From Iphione sp. A-MEVVRFRX5 (Eukaryota), in contig OZ320313.1 in assembly GCA_976226885.1 (NCBI GenBank), forward strand, positions 74,958,001 to 75,022,000: DNA of 64,000 nt, given 5' to 3'. Each line of letters begins with the position of its first letter. Positions within the stretch are counted from its first letter, which is position 1. The translations under genes and the position numbers were made by a program. Shown piece by piece: positions 25,586-40,050 of this stretch. The notes under the pieces were generated by a model. It saw nothing but the letters and a program-made list of their open reading frames with translations. It ran no database searches and had not been told where the DNA came from.

Positions 25586-28500
25586 CAGACCTTTTGGCAA
25601 TTCAAAATCTGAATTAATATGTTGGGAAGTGTTGCACTTTTGGATTATGTCTGTGTATTAGGCGGAAACTGATTTTAATTCCGCATTGTTTCCAATGCCC
25701 CCGTTCCCTTACAATGTGGGATATTTATAAATCCATGCTCATTTGAGAATAGATTTCACTTCCAGTTCGTGGTAAATAGTGGTCATTTACTAGTAGTTCG
25801 AGGGAATGGTAACAAATTCAATTTAGACTAAATTGTTATGATGTTTTACAAACATCATCTACTTTTAAGATATTTAAGTGTGAGAAACGATAGGAGATAT
25901 GCATGCCCTTCGGATTTCATAACCACACTGAGCGTGATGTCACACACATAGTTCCTTTCCTATGTTGGATGGCAACCAGAACAATTGTGCCTGGGTGAGG
26001 CATCAAACTGTGGCAACCAACCCTTCCCATGTATGTTTGTGGGTTGTACAACCTTTAATATCAGAAAATCTGAAAAATTAGAGTTTAAAATCTGTCAAAA
26101 ATGCCAAATGGAAGCCTAACAAGGGCTCTAGTTCTATACACCGAGGGAAGGAGTGTGGGCAATGGTGTGGTTTCAGCTTTCAGGCCTCATCGGGTGAGAG
26201 ATTTACATTTGCTCAATAACTATTGTCTATGTAACAGCATGATTCATGCACCCCCGCTGATTTAACACAGCGTTATATTGGGTTGGGGTAGTCCCTTTAC
26301 CAAATTTGGGGTTAAAAATTGCGCGTGGTTGGACTACTGAAAGTGGCCAAATTACTTTAAGTGATATAGTACAATAATTTTATCCGAAATATCTCCTCCA
26401 ACCACTATGCAAGATAACAACATCGTTCTTTGTATGACGCCGCTGTAATTTACGCATCATTGAAATTGGTACGCATATCAAAACATGTTTATGACGCATC
26501 AAGCTATCTGCTGTACAATGCGTAGATATCTCCCCTTAATTCGATGTTTGGTAACCTTTCCCTGTGCTTATCTACAAGGCACTTAAGGACATGCATTCTT
26601 TGCAATAAGTAACAAGCTGATTAGGTATTATCTGTGGTTCTCCAAACCAATTTAAAAGTACAAAAACCTGCATAACAGTCAAGATGTATCACATTTGGTC
26701 GAATTATCTACCATATAAAAATTCCCATAATCTTCGATGTTCTTCTACTAAATTGTGTCCGCATGTTTTGGACAGATGGTCGGGAGGTCATACTCTTGCA
26801 TGGTAGCATTTCTAGGGGTTCCCTGCTATAAATGTCTGCTCCATTTTGATGAATTGATATATATGTGTACTAAATTAGCAATCAGTGTTATTCACGAAGA
26901 AACATCTGAAATAGACTTTAACCGACCTAAGACATTACGCAGTATATCACACAGCATGTATTGACTGTGAACTCCCGAAATACAACAAATACATAAGGAT
27001 GGAGTGAAACCTATACACAAATTATTCGCCACAATAATATGCACAAGTTTGTATGTATATATATATATCACCAGTAATACAATATTTTCCCCATTCCCGG
27101 AAACTACCATCCCTTTGAATGGTTTCCGATTACTGAAATTGTATTACGATTTGAGAGCAACGGCAGCTTACCTGAGAGATGATGGGCTCCACGTTTCCTT
27201 CTGAGGTTATGAGAAGGATGTTTGTACCGTTGCTCACAAACAATCGATCTGAAAGAAAAACGGATCAAAACGATCATGTCACAGATCACAAGCCTTAACA
27301 CATGATACATTGTCCGGAGAGGCATTCATCAAAGACATTTGAGAAATATGGACGTAAAAGATCGTGGTCGCTGCAAAAAGACTTAAGAAGGTCTCCCCCC
27401 TACAAAATGTTAAGCATTATTTAATGATTTCATAAAAATCGGAATTTGAAATATAAAGACGATTAAAGGGGTTTCGTTACTTGAATATTTATTTTTAAAC
27501 GGTGTTACTGAATGCGCGTCTCTTGTGAAATCGGCGGATTTTACTGGTACTAAAAAGTAACTGCTCTGTCTTTCAAGACACGTATATAGTGATATTTCTA
27601 TTTCGAGTGTGGTTCACATGGTTTAGTTTCCATTTTTTCTGTGACCAATTCCTTCATTTGTTGGCATGCATTTTTATTGTGCAATGTTGCGTGGGACATG
27701 GTTCTTTTATTACTCCATAGAAACTACAATGTTCCATGTACGCACAAATGACACGAGCAATTAAGTTAAACAGCTCCATGAAAGTAGACGAAGAAATAGA
27801 ATCCAGTTGACTACAACTCTGCTTTAACAACGGATACTATTCATAAGGTCCGGAACCGCCTTCAATGCACGGCCATTTTGGTGGTTGGTATAATGAACCC
27901 CGTTGGTAGTCGGACGATTTCAACACCGCCTCAACCGCGAAGAACGACCGACCCTGGCTTAGAATGTGCAGGAGTCAGCTCCACAATAGCCGGCGACAAC
28001 GTAGCAGGGTCGCCGAGGGGCTGGGTCGAGGGCGGAAAAGACGCTCATTCCATTATCGGATTACTCAGCGTAGGTGAGAGCGAGCAGCCCGATGATTGAT
28101 CCTCTTGCTCCTCGATCTCCCGATGTCAGGCGCTCTTCCCACACCAACAAGGCCGCTATGTATACTGGACACATATTGCTTAGACATAGCCCTTGTATGT
28201 GCCTTAACAATGGACTGGTTACGAAAAAGCAGTTCCGAGATAGATCGATGGGTGCGAGGAACGGTTGTCTAAAAATCTTCTCCTTAACCCTCTCAAGGCT
28301 CAGTCTTTCCTTCTTCCTTGCCGTGCCCATATGTTTTGTCCTGACTTCACTTACTTTCCGTTCATCTGGCATTTGGCACGAGGCAGCGATATGATTATAC
28401 AGGAGGTAAAGTTATCCGCGGATCTTAATGTACACTTCAGCCTCCGAGAACGCGCCGCATAGAAAGAGCTGGGCACAGCTGGCTGCTCTCCCAACCATGG

Positions 28501-31500
28501 AGAACACTCGAAAATGACAGCTTATCGCTTGACTTGCAATCGCGACTACTATTACCATGTACGAATCCTATTATTCAACAGAGCTATCTTAAAACATCTC
28601 GTTCCGCAGCAACGTGCAATCCGAGTACAGAATAGATCACTTAAGCCATTATGCAAAGCGAAGTTCTATTCACCGGAATAAATAGCCGGTATAATTACAT
28701 ATACAACACCAAGGGGAAAATGGCATGTAGTACGATAGAGAAGTAGCCTTTGATGCATTTCGGAGATGTTAATATGACTGTTTCCCCTTAGTTGCCTCAT
28801 TCACCGAAGTATGAGCTGCTTGGTATCTATCTATACGGCTGACTGATTAATAGGTGGACCCGAAGAGAGAAAACGGCGTCCATGGCATGCCCGCTGAGCA
28901 ACGCTACGCCAGTAAAGATGTCATATTTTTGAGGTTTTATTTGGATGCCGAGATAGTTTGGATAGGTGAGTCAGTTTACAACGGCAAAATACAGATGCTA
29001 CCGATCGAATACTTGCTTTAACCCTCACAGATGTAGTTACGACACTAAATAGCCCGAGGCAAAACCTTCAAGGAGACAAAAGAAACAAGACCTGTTGTTG
29101 TCTCCTACCCACCAAGAATGGAAACAAGACCACTGCCATGTCAGATAGAATTGTAAGGCAGGTCACGCAGACAGCAAATGTCGAGTACTCTCACTTATCA
29201 ACGACAAAATGCAGCGCAACAAGGGACAACAACGCAAGAAGAGGAAGACGAGTCAGAGGCAAATGGAGAGAGGGAGGTTGGGGTCCTTACAACAAGAGAT
29301 TTATCAAATGCAGAGAGAGAGAAACATGTCTTGCCGATGACGAAGCGAATGTCGTATTATTAATTGCTCAGCACTTTAGTAATTCCACGATGAATTTCTA
29401 CCTTCTTCTCTTCGATCATGATACGTAATGCGATGTCATTTCTGATGGGAACTGCCTCTTCTGAAGGTGCCATGTGCGTCACAGAGTGCAGCATCCCTCC
29501 CAAGCAATCAGACTAATAAGCGATACATCCATCTCAGCATCCATTGCTGAAAGTTGTCAGCCAGTCCTTATCGCAACCCACCACCAGAGCAGAGTAAATT
29601 TACTAAGAGGGTGGACACATCGAGAAGTGTTTATTTTATCCACCATCTTCAATGACTGATCAACGACAGTCGCGACAGTACATACAATAAAACGACCACT
29701 AATAAAAAAAAGTGGTTACCCGATGATGAAACGCCGCGTTCCATCACGGGATCTCCCCAAAATTATTGTCACCCGGTAGCGCTGCTTGTGTGCCATGCTG
29801 GTCTAAGGGATCCGGTTCATTTCTGATGTATGTAATTGAATTAGGCTCTGTTAGCGGAGTTAGATACTTGACTTGTCAAACCGACGCCCCATAAAGCATA
29901 ATAATTGCTGGTGGATGACAGATACTTAGATTAGGCGGCGACGCCTCCAGGACCACTTTCTGTCCATGGGTCTTCGATGGCGAGCATCCTTGCTGAAGTT
30001 TATTGCTTTTTTTATGATCATTGAATAGGGTCCTTTCTTCCGCTGTTGAATCTTCTCCAAATGTAGCCTGCTTTCTAAAGCTGCGTGAGATTTTAACCGA
30101 TTCCTGAGTGAGATGTGCTTCACACGGGCAAATGTATTTATTGATAGGCATCGAAACAGCGAAGATTAAACGGGATTAAAAGAGCAATTGCGCCATTTTC
30201 TTATTGTAAAGCGGTTGAAGATTGTGAGGTTTACCTTAACAGGATAGTAAAATCAAAAGTTTTTGTGACACAGGCAAGTCGACTAGAGGAATTGAAGGAA
30301 TTAAACAAGAGACATCAAAGGATGTGGCGGCCTTGTTAAAAGCAACACGCGTGAAAAAGGTGTAATGCTATGCAAAAGAGAACTTAACCTGTGAATGCAA
30401 ACAGTGCTCCAAACAGCTACTGCGGGGTTGTAGATAAAAACCACAAAGAAATGTTGAGAGCATCTGGGTTCCGATTGTTGGTAGCAATCAAATTATGAGC
30501 AATCAAATTATGAAAAGCATGCAAGCTTTTACTATTCTCGTACCACAGTATAGCTTCCACCAGCGCATAGAGTACATGACGTGAATCATTTCTACTGTCT
30601 GATATTTCTTGAGCTATCAGGATTTCAATACCATCTGAGGGAATGAAAACAGAACCACCAGATGAAAAGCTACTCTGTGTAATATCACCACAGAGAATAG
30701 CAATCGCCCCCACACATGCACATGTACTTCGTCTCTCAAGAGGCCGATACAGTGCACCAATACTTCCATTTCGCGGCCACTAGAATCAAACGCACCGCAC
30801 GTTACTCAAATGTTCAGCGTTTTCATCCTGGGAACGGGGAGGGCTGTACCATAAAATGAAATATTAATTCACCGCCGTCCCCCGTCTTCAATTAAAGGCT
30901 TATCTATTGCATAAAACATGGAGATTTGTTTAAATCGTGCGTTCGGTTCCATTAGGAGAGCTGGTAGTAAATACCGCAATGCAGCTTCCATGGAGTCAAA
31001 CGGCATGGGATGAGCGCTATTTGTTTTAATCCCAGACGGAGGAATGGAATCACAGAATGCAAAGAGGGAGCAGACATAATGGACAGATAAAAGAGCAGCA
31101 GTGGATCCCAGATATCGACAGAGAGATGTGTGCAAATAATGTGATCGAATGACTAGAGATTTTAAATATGAGTTGAAACTAGTTAGTGAAAACCGGTGAG
31201 AAAGCTTTGTCATGTAACAGAGTTGACTATAATTAAAGACTTCCATTCATTTATTCATTCATTCAATGACACTTCGTTACTGCCATCGCCTTGAAAAACT
31301 CTCATGTATACAGAGATGGTCAATAAACTGAATTTAAATTGAATTTGAAACATGAGTTGCATATGGTATAGAGGAGTAGGTCTATGGAACACTCTGCTGG
31401 AGAGAGAAAAAAGACAGGCATGACCAAACTTGAGAGCATTCCTAAGTCCTGTCTCCAATAGGACAGTTTGTCAGTTCACTGGTGACTGAGCAGGAGTCAA

Positions 31501-32967
31501 TGGTCTTCCACTACCACCTGTGTATGGAAAGTTGACTGTATGGAGGCGCAGTATCTGCTGGCAGAAGAAAATGTTCCATAGTGCGATACTACAGGTCTAT
31601 CTTGATGTTAATGTTAGCATCTTCCTTTAAATTTCACTGTATTCATCTGTGGAATGTAATGACCCTGCTGAAAGCAAGGTATCGCCATGGAAAATTGGTA
31701 CCTGATCTGGAGGAAATTTGGTAATTGCACACAGAGTCAAGCATGGATCTGTGATATATCCAGTTCTTTTTTTGATTCTGCCTAGTTGACATTGACAGAT
31801 GAGGACGGTTTTCTGTCTTTAACAACTAACTGGTGATATCCACTGCTCTAAAACATACTAGTCAGTGATGGACATGTGGATGACTATCTAGCAATGCAAT
31901 TGGAACTACAATTAAGCTGCAACTGACATGCAATCCACTTACTTAAAGACGATTTTCTAGTGGCATCCTGATGTACATACTACTACTTCAGAAATATGTC
32001 AATAACGTGGATGCCAGACAGTTTATCCAAACTGACCCAATAAATTTATGAAACTAGCAACTATTAATGATCTGCCACAGGAGGCAAAACGAATGAATAA
32101 AATGTGTTACTCTAAGAAGCTTGTATTAGCAGGATCCACATACCCAGTACAAATCTCAAGCATTCATATAAGGGTATTGTTAGAGTATTGGTAAAAATCA
32201 TGGCAACCTGCTCTTCAACACTATGTGCTTTACTGTGTAAATACTACAAATCAGATAATCTCGATCCAGTGTGATAAGTGTACTAGCTGATTGTTACCAC
32301 TAATGTATTATTACATCGTAATTCTTTATTCCCATGGAGAAGCTCAATAAAAAATTTGAAAGAGTTTGAAAGAATCTATAGATTCATTGTTAGAGCCTTT
32401 GGAATCTGGCACTACTATGTATTAGCCATGTGTACTCTGACGGTGTTTCTGACATGTTAAGTCTATAGAACTCCATAGATACTTTCATATCGGTCGTTGC
32501 CTGTTCCGTAAAAAATTATATTAGTGTGTACTGATGACATCTTATCTTATTACACTACGGTTGACAAGTTTCGTTGGGGGTGAGAAGTAAATAGGCTAGA
32601 TGAAGTCAACAAAGCAGTTCTCCGATAGTTTTCCCTCTTTGCCTCTCTATTGACTTAGCCATCTTACATACGTATTTACACAGTTGTATAGCATATATAG
32701 ACTAACATTACAATCTACAGTATTTTTGTGACGCCCGACACTACCTACTGACCAGACTTTCAAAAGAGCCGTATCTGTTTTAGCCGATGTTTGTATGTAA
32801 TGATACATATCCACGATAGCGATATGTTAAGCATCTGAGGGATCACGCAGTCAATATTAGTTCTTCGCACCAAAAAACTACAGACGTAGATATTGCTTGG
32901 ATCACCTAAGGTTTAATATTCATTTGGGACTGACAACGTATATTTGGCTTTGCATGTGTTGATATTA

Positions 32968-33273
32968 GGCTTTAAAAAGTTTCCGGTAACATGCTTAAAA
33001 AGTAGAGGGTCGGTAGGTCGGCAAATTTGCTTTACTCAATTTTTCTTTTTTTCCCAGTGTCAAGGGACGTTGAAAGCAATACATGTAGATGTATATGCTA
33101 ATGGCACTTCTGCTGCTCAGAATTGAATGAAACTTATATCCAATGAACGCTAGTTATGTAACGAAAACATTGATTTCATTATTCATTCTGAAGATATTAA
33201 CAAAAGAAAAATAAAAATAAAAAGCGTCAAAACCTACAAAAGTAGGGTCAGTCGGTGTGTTCTTTTCTAGGCC
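32968..33273. mobile_element. PIF/Harbinger-type MITE, copy 3 (more diverged)
   Basis: TTA/TCA flanks; TTTCCGGTAACATGCTTAAAAA and GGGTCGGTAGGTCGG are shared with copies 1-2; ends in AGGCC. Confidence 0.75.
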
Positions 33274-36200
33274 TCAGGTAGGGAATAAGAGTAGCTGACC
33301 GTCTAATGGAGAGCGCTTATTTTATGTGCAGAGAAAATCTATTTAGTCAGAGACGGTCATCAGCTGCAATGAAGAGATGACCTAATGTTGTAATAGTGGT
33401 CACTAGGAGGATTTGATTTCAAACTGTCAGAGGCCCAGAAAAAAGTGATGATATAAGATTCATGGTTTTTATTTCGGGATGTAGTCTTTCTTATTTCACC
33501 TGTTGTGTATACATGGTCCTCGGGTAGGTTAATGCCGACCCTTTCTTCGGAGATACCAATCTATAAGCCTACAAGTTTACAACTCCTTGGAATCCCTTTG
33601 AAGTTCATTCTTACCGTAACTCTACAATTAATGTCTTATAACCGTAAAATCCTTGACCTATCATGTTCATAAACCATAAATACGTGTATATACAATTACC
33701 TATTTCCAGTTGAAGATGCTTGCTATGGGGAAAAGGTTTCCTTGTCCTGAAAACATCGATTAAATTTAAAGGGTGGTTTCCTCACCGGTACGGTTCGGGA
33801 TAGTTTCACAGTCCATTTCCACCCACAGATTCTCCGGCTATTCAAGACAAACAACATTCTGGATACACTTTCATCCCACGGGAACAGGGAAAGCTCGTTC
33901 TGCGTTTTTTAAGCCTGAGGCTGTGCGAACATTTTACGGTGCCAGAGGAAAAGTACATTTATCTCTGTATAATCGCTTAAAGCCAAACAGCAAATGACGT
34001 CAAACCTGATATAAACATGGTCTGAACATTCAGAGTCCCGTGCCTACGTGAAGGAACAAAAAAGGGAGAATTATTCTCCAACAGCCTGAAGAATAACCTT
34101 TGTGTTGGGTTTAACCGACTTAATGTTATTGATTCTTGACGATAGTGTGCGTGTAGCGAGAGATGGAAAAAAGAACTTCAAAGTCCCAATAGGTGGCTGT
34201 CCCTCAGGAACAGTCCTTACGAATATGACCAGCGCGCATGCGCGTAACGTCCGCACATGAGATAAGCTGCCACGATCGATCAGAGACACTGTGGCAGAAT
34301 CTGTCATTTGGTCAGGGAAAGGTGCAGGTTTTAGGCGCAGCCATTGAAGCAAAAAGCCGTAACTTTAAGGTTGGTGACCTGGCTCAGGTTCTGGTCATAG
34401 GTTCTTTCATGTGAAATGGAAATAGATAAGAGAATTGTAGACTACATTTGCATGGTAAATCAGCTGATCTAAAATTAATCAGAACTGGAGGTATTTTACA
34501 CTGGATATTCAATTGTTATGCATGCTAAATGTACTTTCTTGTTTCTTCTTTTTAAGAAGTCTGCAGTAATTTTGATCGCACATAGAATTAGAAGTCGTGG
34601 TGAAGCTGGCCTCTCACATGTGCTGACTATGAGGGTCGCACCAACGGCTGCAGCGCAGTGTTTAGGTTCCAGCTCGCATTCTTTGCATAGAAAACCAAGA
34701 CCATATGGTTTTGAGGTAGATCCCCACCTGACACTGACCTTTGCTAGCGACCTCAGTCACGAAACATATGTAAGGTCAGCAAGGTCAAATAATCCACCAG
34801 TGAAAGCTAGCAGAAACGTTATTTTCATACTGCGCATTTAGATGAGTAAAATATAGGTATTATATTAAGTCCTTTATAACTTAATTGCATCTGTTTCGGA
34901 CTGCTTTTGTTCTTGAATTTGTCTTGGAACTCTGAATCGAAATCAATTAAAATTGTTCTTTATAGAAACTTGTTGAAAAAGAAATTGGATTCATTGTTTT
35001 TCGCAGTCTTTTACAACAATGAAACTCAATTAATGACAGCATTTTGCAAAATATGATCGCCCTACAATCTGCGCAGGAAGACTTTCGTAGCTGCATGTAT
35101 ATACGATAAGAGAAAAATGTGTCGAGGTTAGCAATTGGATGATTCGATCCAAATTATCTCAAATAGAGTGCATAAATAGAGTAACGCACGTACAAGAAAA
35201 CACTGGTTGGTCTCATTCCAATAAAAACAAAGCTTCCAATAAAAGCAAGCATGTGCCGCGGCAGGAGAAGTTGATCGGGCTTCTTCCGGTCTGGCGACGG
35301 CCAGATGATATAATCACATTTCATGCTGGAATCTCTGCATAGACATGGGGCCTTCTCCATTGTGTCTTTCTGCCTATCGATCTCACAGGCAGAGCCCAGA
35401 TAGGGTACCACTGGGACCAGATGGAAACAAGCCAGGCCCCAATAGCGCGGCCAGGACACCCATTCAATCTGCGTTATTATATGCAGGCGAACCACTAATT
35501 CCGGCTAATGCAGAGATAGGTTTGTCTAATTGCGGTCGTAACATTTTCATTGGCTACAGGTATTTATTAGGAAAACAGGGCTGCACAACAAGCCGAGCCT
35601 CTGATAAGGATTAAATAAACTCTTACGAGGGGAAAAAAGTTGCCAAAATAAAAGAGAAAAACAAAAATCCTTCACGGTTAGCTCCAATTTCCATGGCTGA
35701 TTAAGCCGAACGAAGTGGGTTACTTTTTCAAAGCAACTAGGTCGCCCATTGCCTGTGAGATGATCAAGTCAGGTGCAGATAGTGATCTATTATTGTGGGA
35801 TGTCACAAGCACCTTATGGCCATGATGTCACTCCGCTCAGCTTTTATTCCCAACGCGACTGCACATGACACTGATTTCATTTAGATATAAAAACCCGAGG
35901 TTCCATCTTTTTCATTACATCGGGTCGGCGTTTGGGTGATAAGCGCATTATATATATGTAACTTATGAGAATGTCACTAAGGTATCGTAATTGAATGCAG
36001 ATATAACAGAGAAAATGATCGCTTCTTCCATCAATGTATCTACTGTTGTCGAAGTACTGGAAAAATTGCCTCCATCTCGATTTCCAATAGCTATCCCCGG
36101 TCAGAAAAACTACAGCTATCCAAGAACTAGTAAAAAGGCGATGGCTATGATTGCTTCAGACAGCGAATACCATTCCCTCCTTACTGTACAGAGATTGACA

Positions 36201-37818
36201 TTTAGAAATATCATACTGAGATCACCAATTTATAAGAGATATGCATGAAATACGCAGAGCGACGTAAATTCCAGTTATATTTTTTACAAAGTGTGATTAC
36301 AAAATTCTGGCTATTCCATATTATGAAGGATGGAGCCGTCGTGGCTATGTTTCAGTACACATAAATGTTGCTTAACCTGATATATTTTACTTGACTACTG
36401 ACCTTTGAAACATCGATAGGGGAATTCCGTGTACCCACTGACCATGGAGACTCGTACATATTTAATTCACCAGTCTCACACAGCGTATTGGTGAAAAGGC
36501 ACACGCGTAGGGAGAGGGCCTTGAGCGAGTAGGAACTCATTACAGGACTAGCCTCAAACGGGAAATCCCCCCGGTGACCCGGTTGACAACACAGAAATCA
36601 AATGGAGAGGAATCCTTATCTTTCGGTTAACATCCTTAACAAACCCATCACGCAGCTGGCTGAACATGACTCCACCAAATGAGCAAGAATGGCTGGTGTG
36701 CACCCAGTGATATCTACAGAGGAAAGCCCGGGTCCAATGTCTCGGTTTCCCTCTGCAGTACTACATAGCCTTCAGTCTTACTAACCATTAACTAAATACA
36801 TGTGTATTGTTTCAATTTGTATCAATTAAACCATTCAGAGGCGAGGCATTTCAGTTTCTTGTTTTAATGCCACATGTATTTTCCATGCTACACATTTCTA
36901 CCACTAATGTTTGAGTACCAGTCACTGCTCCGGTTTGGTAAACGTCCTTCCGACTAAAATGTAGGTTAAGTGTTCTCAATGTAAATGGAATAAATGTAGA
37001 TCTCACAGACATTCCAAAATGCTTTGTAATTGGTGTTAGCACCTCATTGAAGTGAAATAAACTTTGAGATTCCATACTAACTACGAGGATGGGCAATACC
37101 TCAACATCTACTCTAAATATTATAGATAAACGTACAGTAACTTGTGGTGTTAGTTACTTTCGGAAGATGCATATAGACATGTGACCCATTCTGGTGAAAT
37201 GAGTTGCAAGCCACAGGGGCTGAAACCATGATATGGGCCTCCAAAGTCAGATGTCAGTCAAATTACTGAAAATGGGGTTTTGATTGTTTTCATATCTATC
37301 CTGTCTTAAGTTTATTGTATGTAGACTCCTATGATGTCTATTAGTGCCTGCAATATGGCTCTAAAGTTGGTGGACGCTTGAGTGCACAATCACAAAAGAA
37401 CCCTTACTCAGAGCTATTTTTCCAAACTTCAGCAGCTCGCCTTACAGTCCTCCCATAATCCTGGACCTACTTCCCAGGTACCTGCTGAAAGGGCATGTAG
37501 TTCTCTAGCTAATGATATCTTCAGATTTTGAAAGGGCATTCTTTCAGAACAATGACCAGGTGTTTTCAAGAGAGCCATGATGTAAACTATTGTTACCATG
37601 GGCATCACGTGTAGCGAATGTAGTGTGCTGATTGGTTGAGGGCCTCCCGCGTGCATTTGTTTAGATGTCTGACTTTGCAGTGAGCAGGCATTGGTCTCTG
37701 CTCTAGCAGAGTATAATAACTGATAGAAATGGATATTATGTAGCATTTAGATCATGAAGTGTCTGCCAGTAACCAGGCATGGCAACGGATCAGCCTCAAG
37801 CCTTAACTTTAACCAAAT

Positions 37819-37915
37819 CAGGATGGCATGTATCCTTAAGGATACACCACACAGGACAGCATGTATCCTTAAGGATGCACCGTCCAGGATGGCATGTATC
37901 CTTAAGGATACATGC
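37819..37915. repeat. piggyBac subterminal 33-bp tandem repeat x3 containing the palindrome TGTATCCTTAAGGATACA
   Basis: Units start at 37819, 37852 and 37885. The third contains the perfect 24-bp palindrome GCATGTATCCTTAAGGATACATGC. Confidence 0.9.
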
Positions 37916-38137
37916 AGAAAACACGCAGTCAACAGGTATACATGTAAGGAACAAAGCTGTTAAAATTTAATCATATGGGAAGGGTAAAGGTAAATTATGG
38001 ATATTAAATAAATTGTTAGGTATTTTTGTGAAATAAGGGTAATCTTTACACTTGAAGTTTTTTTTTCCCTGACACAGGTACATCTATATTGGGGATTGTT
38101 GAAGTTTACCTTCATTGTTTACACATAAACAATCAGC

Positions 38138-40050
38138 ATGTTGTGTGATTTTTCCTCAGACAAGGAATTGAGAAAGGAAACCCTTACTTTAGAGGTAAAT
38201 CGCATCATAGATTGCAGAGATGAACATCATGACAGTTCAGATGAGGAAAAAGAAGAGAATGAAGATGATCTAGAAGATGCTGGAGATGATGATGAATATG
38301 TTGACGTTTCAAGTGATGATGACAATGATGATGACAACCTTTCCATCACAGATTTGATGAAGCAGATACAAAAGGAAAGGAAATATGAGGAATGGCATAT
38401 AGAAGGAGGTGGGCAAGCCAACCCTGGTCCAAAGACTAAATTTGATGAACAAGAAGCTGGTGTGAGGCTAAACAGTGAATGGTCAAAACAAAGTCAACAA
38501 ATCAATATTTTCTTTTTTTTTCTGTCACTCTCATCAATTTCATATGTAAAAGAACCAACAAACATGCTGAAGATAATCAGAAAGGAAAGAAAACATTGAA
38601 TCAGAGACATAAGAAGGCCTGGACCCCACTGACCCCACTGGAATTCAAGAAATTCCTTGGATTGTCTTGCATAATGGGCATGATAAGGGAAATCACCCTG
38701 AAGGCATATTGACAAAAAATCAGATTCCTGACAATGCCCATTTTTGGTCAAGTGATGGCTCATTAAAGGTTCCTTTCTCTATTGAGGTAAGTAGAAAAAA
38801 TATGACTTTTGAAATAGAATGCAATGATACAATCATATCGCAGTAGTTTTTCTTTTATTATCCTAATTTTCTCATATTTCTGTCCATGTATTTTCATTGG
38901 TCCTAATTTATTGCAGGAATTTGACTTGCTGCGACTCCTATACTGGAAAGGAAAACAGAAATGGTGTCCTGCTAGCTGAATTAGTGGTCATGCAACTTTT
39001 GACATTGTCTGGACTCCTAAGGAAAGGTCATCAAGTATTTATGGACAACTTTTTTTTCTGGGAGTTCACTTTTTCAGAAGTTATTTAGGCTAGGTACATA
39101 CTGTTGTGGAATAACAGAAAGGGCCTGCCAAGTAAGCTGATGAAGAAGAAACCTGCTGGTCTGTCAACACAACATGGTTCTTGTATGTTCTTAAAAAAAC
39201 ACCTCATGCTAAAAATTTGGAAAGACAACAAGGTAGTTCACTTGCTTTGTACAATTCATGGCACTAAGTGTTCAGATATAAACCAAAGTGGTAAAGACCC
39301 CAAAAGTGGAAAATTCAGTAAAAGGCAACTGCTGTGTCCTTTTTCAATTCAAGATTATGTAAAGTATATGAGGGGGGGTTGATCTTGGTGATCAGTTGTT
39401 ACAAAATTATGATTTCAAACGAAAAACAGTGAAATGGACATTCAAGATGTTCTGGCATTTCTTGGAAGTAATAAAAATAAACTCACATAGTGTATATGAT
39501 GCACTGAATGGGAAAAAAACACCCCTAGCAAAATTCACAGTTATTTTGATTACCTCTTTGCTCACAGATCAGATGCAAAGCAAGTGTGTAAGAGAAGCCC
39601 CTAACAAGAAAAATGATGAATTTAGGCTGAAAAACAGATGTATGCCCTTTGTTATGGGAAGAAAAACACATAAATTGACCCTTCCAGTATCAGTGATTTT
39701 GCCGTATTTTATTAGAATTTAAAAACTACGACATCATGCTAACATAAAATTTACCATTGAAACCCACCTTTGAGCTAATCAAATGTTTTTTTTGCTCTTA
39801 ATGGTCAAATGTACACTACTGAATTGTCAGAAATTCTCTTTAGCAACGTAAAGCAAATGTCGTAGTTTTAAAATTTTCTACTAAAATACACCAAAACCAC
39901 TCATAGTCGATGGGTCAATTATGTTACACTAGAATGAAGGCAGGTATTTGTACTAAGGTTAAACAGACAAAATTCAGATGTGCTGACTGTGACATAAACT
40001 TGTGCTTACCTGACTGTTTCTGGACATACCATATGGTTCCAGACTTCTTA
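38138..40050 (+). pseudogene. piggyBac transposase remnant with intron and C-terminal Cys-rich domain
   Basis: Acidic N-terminus; WTPLTPLEFKKFLGL; RFLSLLR|gtaagt; YTGKE; VFMDNFF; WKDNKVVHLLCTIH; DYVKYMRGG..DQ; TKFRCADCDINLCLPDCFWTYH. Multiple frameshifts and stops. Confidence 0.9.
39690..39903. mobile_element. MITE inserted in the piggyBac transposase
   Basis: ~45-bp imperfect inverted termini (TCAGTGATTTTGCCGTATTTT...AAACTACGACAT / ATGTCGTAGTTTT...AAAATACACCAAAACCACTCA), TA on both sides. Confidence 0.7.

Noticed and set aside
27840-28560. GC-rich block with several overlapping ORFs (LINE ORF1 or PHD finger considered)
   Set aside because: No Cys/His spacing or other motif could be confirmed.
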